Shown here piece after piece: positions 62,346 to 64,000 of a stretch of 64,000 nucleotides of DNA (position 1 is the first letter of the stretch; every line of letters starts with the position of its first letter). Below the pieces are notes generated by a model. The model made no database searches. It was given only the letters and a program-made list of their open reading frames with translations, and was not told the origin of the DNA. This stretch comes from Amphiscolops sp. MND2022. Its lineage: Eukaryota. The stretch is taken from assembly GCA_964187785.1 (NCBI GenBank), contig OZ076409.1, positions 31,992,001-32,056,000 on the forward strand. Direction: 5' to 3'. Made by a program: the position numbers and the translations under genes.

Positions 62346-63429
62346 GGGCAAACCACCCAACATGGTGGAAAACACCCAAAACAACACCACTAAACAATTT
62401 CCCGTTCCCCCAACAATCACAAGCCCACCCAATGCAGCACAGCAGCCACACACCATGGCACCAACAGATACCGAATGAAAAAACTTCTAAAGCCACGTCT
62501 TGCCTTCGGGGATTACATCGACTACAGATACTACACCATATCTGAACCTCAGAAGAACCATGATTTAGAAATGTTCGCAGAGTGTTCGGGTGAACCATCG
62601 ACGGACTGGCAGCGGAGATGGCTCATTAGGCGCCTCATAAAGGTCAGTAAATCCACCATCGACAAACTACAATACCCAGAATGGTACCACGAGAACCCTC
62701 AACTGCATAACTGAACTAGACGCCCACTTCCACCCAGTTATACGCCTGACACCTACATACACGACCCAGACTACGGCTGTGACCCTTGCCACAACCCTGA
62801 CTTATATTACCAAGTGACTCTAACTTTCAAAGAGACGGTCAACGTACCCTTCCATGATTTCGTCAAGAAAACGAACATGAACGTAGACATCACCAAGAGG
62901 AAAGATGTCGACAATGATAGTCATTCATCCGCATTCTAAGCTGAGGAACAAGATCCGGAGATACAAGTTATCGTCACGCCACGTGCGGTACAACCCAGGA
63001 CAATACTCAAACCGCACATCTCCAACCTCACCGAGAACAGGTCACCACCAAGAACACCTTCACACAAAAACGAAATCCGGGCAGCGATGACATCATCACC
63101 TTCATCGCCCCAAAGTCCAGAACACCGGATAAAGTAAACAACAAAACAACCAGAAATCTCAACCGCCAAGGTGCCAGACGCACACAAAGCCGGGGACTCC
63201 CCCACCACCCCTGCAAATCGAACCATTGCTGCCCCAACCCAAAACTAACATGCGCGTTCGACCAGAAACCTCATCCCAATACCAACGATGACTTCAAACC
63301 TGGAAATATTCAACAAGATGATCACAACTCGCTGCTAATACTAGACCCAAACCAACTAGCAAATATCACCACTACAAACAATCCAACGGGGGAACAATAT
63401 CTACGACTATTTTCACCAATCACCCTCAA

Positions 63430-64000
63430 ACAGAAGAGGCGCATGCTTTTTTCACCAATGGACTTCCAACACTTCTCCATAGAGTGTCCTTCTCGGGAGC
63501 CCTGGTCAACTGCATGGCCGAGAACGAATACCAAAAAACATGAGTCCCAACAACATCTTACAGGAAGCTGACCCACCACCCTTCAAACTGCAAGTCGCAA
63601 ATGGCGATATAGAAACCCCAATCAAAACAATCCAAGTAGAGTTTGAAATCGGCGACTGGACGTTCCAGGAAACGTTCATCGTAGCCAGTAAGATCACAGG
63701 TCCCATCCTAGGCCTTACCTCCCTAAAAAACAGCGCCATCCTAGATGCCAGTCAGGGACTCCTACATTTCCCCCTCTTAACCTGCGCAATAAACCCTGCA
63801 TCTGACGAACAACCAGCAAAACCACACAAATTGATCATCCCCAAACAAACAACGTTGGCCCCTGATCAGTGCATCACTGTCGAAGCCCTGGTCATTATCA
63901 AATCAATTGCAGACACCACTGGCGTTATTCACCCAACGTCAGCCTATGCAGAAGACAAACCAATAGAGCTAGCCAGCTCGCTATCCACAGCCCATGAGAT
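63430..64000 (+). pseudogene. Gypsy pol start (protease region), runs off the window
   Basis: KQKRRMLFSPMDF...SGALVNCMAENEYQK...FKLQVANGDIETP...PILGLT, paralogous to 24337-25050; the catalytic Asp appears lost. Confidence 0.8.

Overview
AT-rich eukaryotic (invertebrate animal) DNA. The innexin exon, GT-AG introns and BEL/Pao and Ty3/Gypsy elements support this; an acoel-like host is only a guess. Most of the window is nested, decayed retroelements: a BEL/Pao integrase end (0.3-0.9 kb), Gypsy pol remnants (6.4-9.2, 23.7-29.4, 61-64 kb), a full-length BEL/Pao with LTRs and TSD (12482-20365) and a 3368-bp tandem duplication (34.4-41.1 kb). Host-type sequence is an intron-containing thymidine kinase pseudogene (4.0-4.6 kb) and one intact innexin exon (10825-11013). 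The standout is a ~17.5-kb island (41.9-59.4 kb) of decayed genes: a RAG1/Transib-like DDE transposase with a BRCT-like tail, a spliced C2H2-ZnF/JmjC/ELM2 gene, a Tudor-like gene, a tyrosine-recombinase-like/SET fusion and a second JmjN/JmjC-like gene. A recurring ~21-bp motif (ACTCACGGTGGAKACMAAAAA) appears in both orientations between them. I infer a cargo-carrying giant DNA transposon, or a cluster of related ones, with chromatin writer/eraser/reader genes. All family calls come from motif recognition by eye; no database searches were run.
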